Counted from the stretch's first letter, positions 22,126 to 31,059 are shown. The stretch is DNA of 64,000 nucleotides from Coleofasciculus sp. B1-GNL1-01 (GCA_040220235.1 JAVJTO010000031.1), one strand, 5' to 3'. A program made the numbers and translations. Notes: generated by a model not told the origin, from the sequence alone.

Positions 22126-23103
22126 GTGTGGGTTACTTCTTCTCTTGCCACTGCTTTAACACCAACTGCTGTTGCCCTAGGAAACTTTGACGGCATTCAC
22201 CGAGGGCATCAACAGGTGATTCATCCTATTTTGCAGCACTCTAGCCTTTTACCCGGTCAGTCTGAGCCAATACATCCTCAAGAGAGGGTTAATCAGGAAG
22301 GAGAGCATATTTATCCGACTTTGGCAACCTTTTATCCCCATCCCCGTGAATTTTTTTCCGGTCAACCGTGGAAGTTATTGACGCCAAAACCCGAAAAAGT
22401 AGACCAGTTAAAGCGCTTGGGCATTGAACAACTGGTGCTGCTGCCCTTTGACCGAGAACTGGCGGCATTAAGTCCAGAACAATTCGTGGACAAGATTTTA
22501 ATTGAACAATTGCGAGCCACCCATGTCAGTATCGGAGAGGATTTTCGCTTCGGATATCGCCGGACTGGAACCGCGAAGGACTTGCAGGCGATCGCTGCTA
22601 CGTATGGGGTTAAGGTTAGCATCGTTACCCTCCAAACCTGTCAAGGGGAACGGATCAGCAGTTCCTTAATCCGCAAATCCCTAGAGGAAGGAGATATCCT
22701 CAAAGCTAATCGCTTACTGGGTCGTCCTTACAGCATCAGGGGTCAAGTGATTAAAGGACAGCAATTAGGCAGAACGATAGGATTTCCCACCGCCAATCTA
22801 GAATGGTTCCCCGACAAGTTTTTACCCCGCAATGGGGTTTACTGTGTGCGCGTCAGTAGTCCCTCAGTCCCGGAGCAATGGGGTGTAATGAATATTGGAG
22901 AACGTCCTACCGTCAAGGGAACTTGCTTGACAGTTGAGAGTCACCTGCTAAATTGGTCTGGTGATTTATACGGACAGACGATAACCGTGAGCCTAGAGCA
23001 GTTTTTGCGACCAGAACAAAAATTTGCCTCCCTCGATGATCTCAGGAAGCAAATCCAGGCTGACTGTGCGGCGACAATCACTTTTTTTGAATCTCAGCAA
23101 TAG
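22126..23103 (+). CDS. ribF: bifunctional riboflavin kinase/FAD synthetase
   Basis: GNFDGIHRGH, ISSSLIR, GRTIGFPTAN and FLRPEQKF motifs. Confidence 0.97.
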   Translation: MWVTSSLATALTPTAVALGNFDGIHRGHQQVIHPILQHSSLLPGQSEPIHPQERVNQEGEHIYPTLATFYPHPREFFSGQPWKLLTPKPEKVDQLKRLGIEQLVLLPFDRELAALSPEQFVDKILIEQLRATHVSIGEDFRFGYRRTGTAKDLQAIAATYGVKVSIVTLQTCQGERISSSLIRKSLEEGDILKANRLLGRPYSIRGQVIKGQQLGRTIGFPTANLEWFPDKFLPRNGVYCVRVSSPSVPEQWGVMNIGERPTVKGTCLTVESHLLNWSGDLYGQTITVSLEQFLRPEQKFASLDDLRKQIQADCAATITFFESQQ

Positions 23104-23119
23104 GGAATGGGGAAGGGTA

Positions 23120-24028
23120 ATGAGAGAACGGATTGAGCAACTCAAAGAAAATCTGGCTCAGACGATTGTAGGTAAAGCCGATGCCATTCGGTTAGTCTTG
23201 GTTGCTTTACTCTCAGGCGGTCATGCTTTGCTAGAGGATGTGCCTGGGGTGGGTAAAACTCTGCTGGCAAAATCCTTGGCACGTTCCATTGATGGGCGAT
23301 TTCAGCGCATTCAATGTACCCCGGATCTCTTACCTGCGGATATCACCGGGACGAATATCTGGAATCCCAGTAGCCGTGAATTTGAATTTCTGGCTGGTCC
23401 AGTCTTTGCCAATATTCTACTGACGGATGAAATTAACCGGGCAACCCCGCGCACACAGTCAGCCTTACTGGAGGTGATGGAAGAACGGCAAGTTACGGTG
23501 GATGGGAAATCTCGTAATGTTCCCCAACCCTTTTTTGTGATTGCTACTCAAAATCCGATTGAGTATCATGGGACATTTCCCTTGCCAGAGGCGCAAATGG
23601 ATCGATTTACCCTATCTTTATCCCTGGGTTATCCGACGCCTGAGGAAGAACTGCAAATGCTGCAACTGCATCAGGGAGGGATGGTGCTTTCGGAGCTTAA
23701 ACCCTGTATTTCAACAGAGGACGTTTTGGAATTACAGCGTCTTTGTCAACAGGTGCAAGTGGAACGAGAGTTACAGCAGTATATTCTCAACTTAGTACGG
23801 GCATCTCGTGAGGCGGAAGATGTGGTCTTAGGAGTCAGTCCACGGGGTACTGTAGCCTTACAACGGGCGGCACAAGCTTTGGCATTTTTGGACGGGCGAA
23901 ATTATGCGATTCCCGATGATGTGAAGATGCTGGCACCTCATGTTCTGTCCCATCGTCTCATGGCAGCAGGAGGACGACAGGCGAAGCCAATTGTTGAACA
24001 GTTATTGCGTTCTGTGGCAATTCCGTAA
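23120..24028 (+). CDS. MoxR family AAA+ ATPase
   Basis: LEDVPGVGKT, DEINRATPRTQSALLE and ATQNP motifs. Confidence 0.95.
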   Translation: MRERIEQLKENLAQTIVGKADAIRLVLVALLSGGHALLEDVPGVGKTLLAKSLARSIDGRFQRIQCTPDLLPADITGTNIWNPSSREFEFLAGPVFANILLTDEINRATPRTQSALLEVMEERQVTVDGKSRNVPQPFFVIATQNPIEYHGTFPLPEAQMDRFTLSLSLGYPTPEEELQMLQLHQGGMVLSELKPCISTEDVLELQRLCQQVQVERELQQYILNLVRASREAEDVVLGVSPRGTVALQRAAQALAFLDGRNYAIPDDVKMLAPHVLSHRLMAAGGRQAKPIVEQLLRSVAIP

Positions 24029-24309
24029 GAGGATCTCGTAGAAAATTGTCATAAAAGCGACAAAATTATTTCGGTTAGGACGAAGGGTGGGTTTTGCTGT
24101 TCCATTATCGGTGGGGAGGAGAGGTTTTGTTTTTGATGTAGTTAATTTATCGGTGAGGAGGGCGGGTTTTGTTGAACATTTATTGGTGGATATCTGAATT
24201 AAGTCCCTAAACCCGCCCCTACGATTTGTCCCTAAAGGGAATTTCTCAAATTGACCCTGATACATTTTTGGAGGGTCAGAAATAAAAAATGACAAATGAC
24301 GGATGACGA

Positions 24310-24855
24310 ATGACAAACTATAACAATCTGCGATCGCACACTGTTTTATTTGTACTTGTACTGGTTTGGAGTATCCTTCTCGGCGGCGGTATGGCAGGGG
24401 TTTTAAGGGCAGCAGAGACACCTCAACCCCCGAATTTAGAAACACTGATGGCGATTGGCACTGTTGATCCAATTCCAGAGCGCTATCAAACTGGATTAAA
24501 ACTGTACCTGGAAAACTGTGGCAGTTGTCATGTTGCCTTACCCCCAGAAGTTATGCCAACTCAAACCTGGGAAACTTTGCTATTAGAACCTGAACAGCAT
24601 TATGGACAACGGTTAGAGCAGATTCCGCGTCCATTTATCTTCATTGTCTGGAATTATTTACGAACGTTTTCTCGTCCTGTAGGGGAAGATGAGCAAGCAC
24701 CCTTTCGGGTGACTGAATCACGGTATTTTAAAGCCCTTCATCCCCGTGTTGATTTACCTCCGACATTGACGGCGGCTGGATGCATCAGTTGTCATCCGGG
24801 AGCAAGAGATTATGACTATCGACGTTTAACGCCAGAGTGGGAAGATTCACCGTAG
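24310..24855 (+). CDS. diheme cytochrome c family protein
   Basis: Two CxxCH motifs (CGSCH, CISCH) and an N-terminal signal/TM segment. Confidence 0.88.
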   Translation: MTNYNNLRSHTVLFVLVLVWSILLGGGMAGVLRAAETPQPPNLETLMAIGTVDPIPERYQTGLKLYLENCGSCHVALPPEVMPTQTWETLLLEPEQHYGQRLEQIPRPFIFIVWNYLRTFSRPVGEDEQAPFRVTESRYFKALHPRVDLPPTLTAAGCISCHPGARDYDYRRLTPEWEDSP

Positions 24856-25069
24856 GAATGTGGAAAGATGATGGATTTGATTGTTATTTTTGCTTGAATG
24901 GATTACTATAGAATGTATGTAATTTGAATAATAATTGAAAGTGACTTAGGACGTCAATTCGCTCTAGCGAAAAGTACCTAGGCACAAAAATAATTATCCC
25001 GTCTGATGTGTATTTTAGATACGCATATAAGACGGTTCGTTTTTTTTGTTGTCTAGATAGGAGCGAATT

Positions 25070-25276
25070 ATGCCAGCACGAGGAAACCTATCTGATTCAG
25101 GAATCCTAGCAGAGGCTTATCAGCTACTGAGGGAAGGTTCAGCTAAAACATTATGTCAAGCCCTCGATATACTCATGAGAGATGCCAAAACTACTCGTGA
25201 CACCGCTAGAATTCTTAGAATCAAAGGAACCCAGAAGGCTAAAGGATGCCGCCGTAGTCGCCGACGAAAAGGTTAA
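25070..25276 (+). CDS. small basic protein, Ntox34-like polymorphic toxin domain (putative)
   Basis: AGGAG RBS; GNxxD (GNLSD), an LC..L helix and IKGTQKAKGCRRS C-terminus. Confidence 0.55.
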   Translation: MPARGNLSDSGILAEAYQLLREGSAKTLCQALDILMRDAKTTRDTARILRIKGTQKAKGCRRSRRRKG

Positions 25277-25286
25277 ATACATTCAG

Positions 25287-26090
25287 ATGGTTCAGCAGAC
25301 GATTCAGACATGGATAGAAGATTGCGCTTCCGATGATCCGTCACGGCAAGCAAAAGCTGTGATTGAGCTAGTGGATGCTCAAGCTTATGTGGCTGCACCG
25401 CAAATCGTAACGTTGCTAACTGCGGCTGATCCGGCGATTCGCTCTACGGCGGCTTACGCCTTGGGTTATCTGGGAATACAGGAACCAGAAACAATTGGTT
25501 GTACCTTAATAAACTTACTTAACGATCCAGAAGTAATTGTTAGATCTGAAGTGGTTGAGGCACTGGGAGGGCTTCGTTATAAACCTGCGATCGCACCTAT
25601 TCAGCATGCTTTACGAAATGATGCTGAGCCACTGGTTCGGGCTTCAGCGGCTGAAGCATTGGGAGATATAGGGGATGAACAAGCTTTAACAGCCCTAGAA
25701 GATGCCCTAAAGGATGCTGATGAGGCTGTGCGAGCTTATGCGGCTAACTCCATTGGGCTTTTAGGTACAGCGCAACTTTTACCTAAACTTGAAGTATATC
25801 TGAAATCTGAATCTTCTGTGAAAGTACAAGCCGAATTGCTCGGAGCAATGTATCGGCTGGGCGCGGTAGATGCCTTAAGTCAGCTCTTAAATTTGTTGGA
25901 TAATGCTGATGAAGATTTGGCAACCTGTATTCTGAATCTTTTAACGGATTTAACAGAACGCCAAATTCCCTCAACGCTGATAGAGAGCGCCTCTGAGATT
26001 CGCCAGTCATTATCCGCGATCGCACAACATTTTCCGATACTGCGTTATCAAGCTGAAGATATTGGCGAACAGTTAATAACTGGAGTTTAG
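25287..26090 (+). CDS. HEAT-repeat protein (candidate immunity protein)
   Basis: Repeated D..VR..AA.ALG units; starts 10 bp after the small basic ORF. Confidence 0.85.
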   Translation: MVQQTIQTWIEDCASDDPSRQAKAVIELVDAQAYVAAPQIVTLLTAADPAIRSTAAYALGYLGIQEPETIGCTLINLLNDPEVIVRSEVVEALGGLRYKPAIAPIQHALRNDAEPLVRASAAEALGDIGDEQALTALEDALKDADEAVRAYAANSIGLLGTAQLLPKLEVYLKSESSVKVQAELLGAMYRLGAVDALSQLLNLLDNADEDLATCILNLLTDLTERQIPSTLIESASEIRQSLSAIAQHFPILRYQAEDIGEQLITGV

Positions 26091-26158
26091 ATGATGAAAT
26101 ATTGATTTAACCATCGTCACAAGCTGAGAAAGACTAACATATATCCCAAAAATTCGAT

Positions 26159-27079
26159 TTATTCATTTTCTATCGCGGGTAGAGCATAAAAGCCTAAGTG
26201 ATTGGCAACTGGACGTTCAACCATGGGAAGTTTGGTATGAATTGGCGCATTTAATACAGTAGTTCCTGATGATGTTGCCATTACTAATGTGCTGGAACCG
26301 CCTCCGTCTAAGTTTAAGGCTTGATCAGCACCTAAATTAATGACAATTTCAGCTAATTCAGCTAAGGTTACTCCTTCGCTGTAAAAGGGTTGCTTGCCAT
26401 CTACAGCAATTAGCCATAATTTTTGACCTTGCTGATCAACAGCGACAGCGATTCGTGAGTAGGGTTTGGTGTTACTGTGCTGAGAGAGACTAGCCGTGAC
26501 AGGCTTACCATGGTTGACAAAAATACGATTACCCGCAACCGCCTGCACTGTACCTTCTGGACAGTTTCCCTGTTCAACAATTTGGGCGCGATCGCTCTCT
26601 AAAAAGCATAACGCAGACCAATTCGTTTTCGGGGGTGAGTAACGATTGCTATTGGATATGGCTTGTCCGATTACAGTCGTGCGATCGCCACTATGAGGAT
26701 AATAATCCCAAGGCGTCTTTTCCCGAAAGGGATAGAAGAAGTTAGCATTGATTGCTAGTTGCAGTTTAAACTCGCGGACAAATTCTGAGGTGGTTCGCGC
26801 ATTGGTTACGGTATTATCTGACGTTGTTGTTCCTGGGGTAACAAATACCTTCACTCCGGGTGCTGTCAAGTCAATGGTGACACGATGAATAACCAGTGGG
26901 CGGGGTGATAATCGGACATCACGTTTATAAACAATACCCTGAAACAGGATTTTTTCCACATCAGTACGGGGTGGGCGTAAGCTAATCAGCCGACTATAAA
27001 GTAGTAGTGGGATAGCTAAGATACCCATACCCGCAATGATGAAAAATTGCTTCCAGTTAATCCAATTTCGGTGACTCAT
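26159..27079 (-). CDS. phosphodiester glycosidase (NAGPA) family protein
   Basis: AINANFF, AVDGKQ and ALNLDGGGSS motifs; start uncertain (27079 or 27100). Confidence 0.88.
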   Translation of the reverse strand: MSHRNWINWKQFFIIAGMGILAIPLLLYSRLISLRPPRTDVEKILFQGIVYKRDVRLSPRPLVIHRVTIDLTAPGVKVFVTPGTTTSDNTVTNARTTSEFVREFKLQLAINANFFYPFREKTPWDYYPHSGDRTTVIGQAISNSNRYSPPKTNWSALCFLESDRAQIVEQGNCPEGTVQAVAGNRIFVNHGKPVTASLSQHSNTKPYSRIAVAVDQQGQKLWLIAVDGKQPFYSEGVTLAELAEIVINLGADQALNLDGGGSSTLVMATSSGTTVLNAPIHTKLPMVERPVANHLGFYALPAIENE

Positions 27080-27091
27080 CGTTCTCAATTC

Positions 27092-27898
27092 ATGATTCAT
27101 TCGCACCCGCTTAACTTTACTAACCAAGACTTGCGAAACCGCTCTTTTAAAGGTCAAAACCTAAACGGTGCAGACTTTAGCGGTTCAGATATTCGAGGTT
27201 GTGATTTTAGTTATGCTTCCTTAAAAGGAGCCAATTTTGAGCGAGTCAAGGTGGGTCAAACACTCAGACAGATCATCTTGGTACTAGGGGTGGCGGTGAT
27301 AGTGGCATTATTAGCAGTTGATGCGATCGCGCATACAATTTTTGGGGCTTTGGGTCAGATTCCGGGAGGTTCAACTTGGGCTTATATTCTAGCCTTATAT
27401 ATTAGTTTGGGAATTGCTGGGGCGGGTTCGGGAGTTAGGAATCTCACGGGTATCAAGTCTAGCGTCGGACAGATTGCAACCGTGATATCGGGAACAGCAT
27501 CCGGTGCTTTGCTGAGTTTCTTCTACGCCGGAACCACCACTGACAACAACCCCCAAATCGCTACGGCGGCGGCGGTGTTGGGAGGGATAATCGCAGCAAT
27601 TATCAGTTTCAAAGTGAGAAGTCGATTCGTCGCCATTGCGATCACAGTGGCGGGAACTCTCGCGGGGTACGGGTTTGCCTTTCTGGTGGGAACGAGTGCG
27701 ATCGCGTTTTTAAGCGTGCAAAAGCTAACGTTGGGAGTTGTCTGGAGTTGTTTATCGGTGAGTTTTCTCTGGCTGACGATGCACTCCCTGATCCTCACGA
27801 TTCGAGAAATTAAAGAGTTTTCGGGGACATGCTTTAGGGGTGCTAACTTGACGAATGCTTTATTTGAGCCAAGTCTGAGAGAAAAAGCGAATAACTGA
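27092..27898 (+). CDS. pentapeptide-repeat membrane protein
   Basis: N-terminal pentapeptide repeats, about 6 TM helices, short C-terminal repeat. Confidence 0.85.
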   Translation: MIHSHPLNFTNQDLRNRSFKGQNLNGADFSGSDIRGCDFSYASLKGANFERVKVGQTLRQIILVLGVAVIVALLAVDAIAHTIFGALGQIPGGSTWAYILALYISLGIAGAGSGVRNLTGIKSSVGQIATVISGTASGALLSFFYAGTTTDNNPQIATAAAVLGGIIAAIISFKVRSRFVAIAITVAGTLAGYGFAFLVGTSAIAFLSVQKLTLGVVWSCLSVSFLWLTMHSLILTIREIKEFSGTCFRGANLTNALFEPSLREKANN

Positions 27899-28101
27899 AT
27901 TCTCGTCTGGATCAGCAATTTTAGGGGATATGCCAATCACAATAAATAGTTTACTGGAGTATCAGAGGATGGGTTTTTTACCCCGATTGCACCCCCTATC
28001 TCTCTTGATGGAGGTTGTCATCTGATTCCCCGACTATCCTAAGCAGTATCTCAGGGTAAATCCCTGTTCATTCAACATCTTTGAGGCTTTAGCTGTCATT
28101 C

Positions 28102-28251
28102 ATGCAATATCGAACAACAATCGGGTGGTCACTTCTTACTTCGGGAATCGTAACCCTCTTGCTCAAGAGTTTCCCAGGTAACTCCCTGTGGTGGGGAATT
28201 GGTTTTCTCGTTATCGGAACGGTTATACTCTTGGCGCGAAAAGCTGTTTAG
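28102..28251 (+). CDS. small 49-aa two-helix membrane protein (not in ORF track)
   Basis: MQYRTTIGWSLLTSGIVTLLLKSFPGNSLWWGIGFLVIGTVILLARKAV, translated by hand. Confidence 0.5.
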   Translation: MQYRTTIGWSLLTSGIVTLLLKSFPGNSLWWGIGFLVIGTVILLARKAV

Positions 28252-28407
28252 TATTCCCAAAACCTGGCATTATTAGGCAAGATGACTCATTTTGCTCGAC
28301 CACCAGCGACAAGGGAATCAACCTGACCAAACGACAACATCCCGGAACTGTTTCCAAGTCCGGGATGAGGCGATCGCATCAGCCGAAAACTTAATTAAAA
28401 TTAAACC

Positions 28408-29250
28408 TCAAGCTGACACAGCCGCTAAACTGGCTGGGATTTTTCGCCCGACGGCGGCGGCGACGGGGTGTAAGCTGTGAACCAACTGCACCATATCGTC
28501 TAACGATAACGCTTGACGGGCATCCGATACGGATTTTTCCGGTTCGGGATGACACTCGATGATTAATCCATCCGCACCTACTGCGACAGCCGCTTTCGCC
28601 AACGGGGAAATTAATTCCCGTTTGCCCGTGGCGTGGGAGGGATCTACAATCACAGGCAATGAAGTCATCTGCTTAAGTGCCACAACTGCTCCCAAATCTA
28701 AGACATTCCGGGTATAAGTATCGAAACTGCGAATCCCTCGTTCACACAGTACCACCTGAGAATTCCCATGACTGAGAATATATTCGGCTGCCATAACGAA
28801 TTCTTCTAGAGTCGCCGCTAATCCCCGCTTCAGCAGAATCGGTTTATCAACTTGACCCAAGGCTTTGAGTAAATCAAAGTTTTGCATATTACGACTGCCT
28901 ACCTGAAGCATATCAGCATGGGCAGCCACTAACTCGATTTGGGTAATGGACATGACTTCCGTCACCACGGGAATCTGATGACGCGATCGCACCTGGGATA
29001 ATATCTCTAGTCCCTCTACCCCTAAACCTTGGAACGAGTAAGGAGACGTGCGAGGTTTGAAAGCACCGCCGCGTAACGCCTGAACCGGGGCGCGTTGCAG
29101 TTGAGTGGCGACGGTTTCCATCTGCGATCGACTCTCCACCGTACAAGGACCAGCAATTATCACCAGTTCCTCACCCCCGAAAGTGATATGATTCGACAGA
29201 TGAACCAAAGTTGGGCGATCGGATTGGGTGGCAAGTGTAGCATTCACCAT
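28408..29250 (-). CDS. aroF: 3-deoxy-7-phosphoheptulonate (DAHP) synthase, type I-beta, without N-terminal regulatory domain
   Basis: IAGPCTVE, GAFKPRTSPYSFQGLG, GSRNMQNF and DPSHATG motifs; about 280 aa. Confidence 0.95.
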   Translation of the reverse strand: MVNATLATQSDRPTLVHLSNHITFGGEELVIIAGPCTVESRSQMETVATQLQRAPVQALRGGAFKPRTSPYSFQGLGVEGLEILSQVRSRHQIPVVTEVMSITQIELVAAHADMLQVGSRNMQNFDLLKALGQVDKPILLKRGLAATLEEFVMAAEYILSHGNSQVVLCERGIRSFDTYTRNVLDLGAVVALKQMTSLPVIVDPSHATGKRELISPLAKAAVAVGADGLIIECHPEPEKSVSDARQALSLDDMVQLVHSLHPVAAAVGRKIPASLAAVSA

Positions 29251-29280
29251 CAGACTAATTCCTTTAAACAATGAGTGGAC

Positions 29281-29315
29281 AATAAAAAAACCCGGTTCCT
29301 TGTGGGTTCCGGGTT
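29281..29315 (-). terminator. attenuator terminator 2 (proximal to aroF)
   Basis: Minus strand AACCCGG-AACCCACAAGGAA-CCGGGTT followed by TTTTTATT. Confidence 0.85.
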
Positions 29316-29340
29316 CTGAGAAAATTTAACGCAGCATCAC

Positions 29341-29409
29341 CTACCCGGAACTGCTTCCGAACCAAAAAAAGTAAAACAAGGTAAACCAGTGATTCAGGTA
29401 GGTTGTCAT
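29341..29409 (-). CDS. aromatic-amino-acid leader peptide 2 (MTTYLNHWFTLFYFFWFGSSSG)
   Basis: AAGGAG RBS; 9 of 22 codons are F/Y/W; 3' end GTTCCGGGT is complementary to the terminator 2 arm ACCCGGAAC. Confidence 0.85.
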   Translation of the reverse strand: MTTYLNHWFTLFYFFWFGSSSG

Positions 29410-29421
29410 CAGATACTCCTT

Positions 29422-29457
29422 AAAAAACAAAAAGACCGCAGCTTTCGCTCTGCGGTC
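29422..29457 (-). terminator. attenuator terminator 1
   Basis: Minus strand GACCGCAG-AGCGAAAG-CTGCGGTC followed by TTTTTGTTTTTT. Confidence 0.85.
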
Positions 29458-29486
29458 CACCGGGGAGGTTCCATGAGGAACTCTGC

Positions 29487-29543
29487 TCACCTCCGGTGAA
29501 CCTCCGTAAACCAAAAATAAAAGTAGTTGTTGCAGTTGAGCAT
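29487..29543 (-). CDS. aromatic-amino-acid leader peptide 1 (MLNCNNYFYFWFTEVHRR)
   Basis: Six consecutive aromatic codons YFYFWF; GGTTCACCGG can pair with CCGGTGGACC overlapping terminator 1. Confidence 0.8.
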   Translation of the reverse strand: MLNCNNYFYFWFTEVHRR

Positions 29544-29720
29544 AGCTGAGGGCTTTTTATGAAACGTTAATTAGATGCCTGTTACTGGACACGATAGCAA
29601 GCTGTTGTGGCTAAGTCAATACCTGATCTGGATCAAGTTTCTGTTTTCCACGGGTGTGATCATGCACCTGGGGGAGCTGGGGGAGCTGGGGAAGCTGGGG
29701 AAGCGGGGGGAGGATAAAGT

Positions 29721-29823
29721 TATAGCACTTCTCGATTGGGTGCAATACACCTTGGTAGAGACAGGGTGTGGGGTGTGGGGTGTGGGGTGTAGGGTGTAGT
29801 GCTTTCAAATGAGAACCGCTATA
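29721..29823. mobile_element. MITE-like element with TATAGC...GCTATA ends
   Basis: TATAGCACTTCTC / GAGAACCGCTATA imperfect inverted ends around GGGTGTG heptamers. Confidence 0.55.
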
Positions 29824-29949
29824 TATCTTTGAATGCAACTTGGTATAAAGTACAGTCTATCCAAGCAAGATCCCCGACTTCTTTGAGGAGTCGGGGATCT
29901 GTTTACATCACTTATTTGAAAAATAATATAAGACTCAAAAGCGCAAACA

Positions 29950-31059
29950 ATGAACCTAAATTTAACCGAACATACCGAAGGCAATGCCACATTTAAAATT
30001 GGTAATGCGTTTTATCGCCCAGGGACGCAAGTGGTGCGAGATTTAGGCATTTTAGCCGCAGCAATTTATAAGTTTCAAATCGGTCACTTACGAGTAATTG
30101 ATGCGATGAGTGGCTGTGGAGTGCGTTCTCTACGCTATAGTTTGGAAAGTCAAGCCGATTGGATCTGGGTGAATGAGGGAAATCCTGAGCTTAACCCGAT
30201 TCTACAGCAAAATTTAGCAGGCGCGATCGCCAGCCATAAAGCTACCCTTACCCATCTCGACGTTAATCAGGTCTTTTTTGAGTGCTATAACCGTCGAGAT
30301 TACTACGATTTCATCGATGTGGACTGTTTCGGTTCCCCTACTCCCTATCTGGATACCAGCCTCTGGGCGCTGAAACTAGGGGGACTTCTTTATCTCACCA
30401 GTACCGATGGGCGTAAACTAACAGGTCATGCTTCAGAAAGCAGTTTGGGGATTTATGGGGCGTATCCCCGCAACCATCCCGCCGCCCAGGAACAAGGATT
30501 GCGAGTGGTGATTGGTAAACTTCAGCAGCAAGCCATCGCCAAGGGTTTGGGGATTGAGCCGATTTTCTCCCTGTTTACGGGTCAAACTTACCGCCTAATG
30601 GTACGTTTGGTCAAAACCCAGCCGTTGACGCTGCAAAATTACGGATTTTTGGGTTATTGTCATCACTGTGGTAATTATCAAACTGTGTCTTGGCGTCAGT
30701 TAGGGCGTGTGGTTTGTGCTTATGACCAAAAATCCCTGACCCTGAGTGGTCCGTTGTGGCTGGGATTGTTGCATAATCAATCTTGGTTAAGACAGATGCA
30801 GGGATTAGCTCAAAAGTGGCACTGGTCAAAACGGGTACAACTCCTCAGCCTCATGGAAGCAGAAGCCGATTTCCCGCCCTACTTTTATACCTTGGCGGAA
30901 ATTGGACGCCGAGGGCGTTTGGATATCCCAAAACGAGAGTATCTGATTCAGGCGTTGCGCGATCGCGGATATTTCGCCTGTGCCACTCATATTACACCGG
31001 GAGCGATTAAAACCAACGCCGATATTCACACTTGTATCGCTGTTGCGATAGACCGATAA
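29950..31059 (+). CDS. Trm1-like tRNA (guanine-N2)-methyltransferase
   Basis: FY.P...RDL, DAMSGCGVRSLRY, DVDCFGSP, LTSTDG, C..CG and GPLWLG motifs match the Trm1 family. Confidence 0.82.
   Translation: MNLNLTEHTEGNATFKIGNAFYRPGTQVVRDLGILAAAIYKFQIGHLRVIDAMSGCGVRSLRYSLESQADWIWVNEGNPELNPILQQNLAGAIASHKATLTHLDVNQVFFECYNRRDYYDFIDVDCFGSPTPYLDTSLWALKLGGLLYLTSTDGRKLTGHASESSLGIYGAYPRNHPAAQEQGLRVVIGKLQQQAIAKGLGIEPIFSLFTGQTYRLMVRLVKTQPLTLQNYGFLGYCHHCGNYQTVSWRQLGRVVCAYDQKSLTLSGPLWLGLLHNQSWLRQMQGLAQKWHWSKRVQLLSLMEAEADFPPYFYTLAEIGRRGRLDIPKREYLIQALRDRGYFACATHITPGAIKTNADIHTCIAVAIDR

Noticed and set aside
25182..25286. N-terminal extension of the HEAT ORF given in the ORF track
   Set aside because: It overlaps the small basic ORF that has the better RBS; ATG 25287 is the more plausible start
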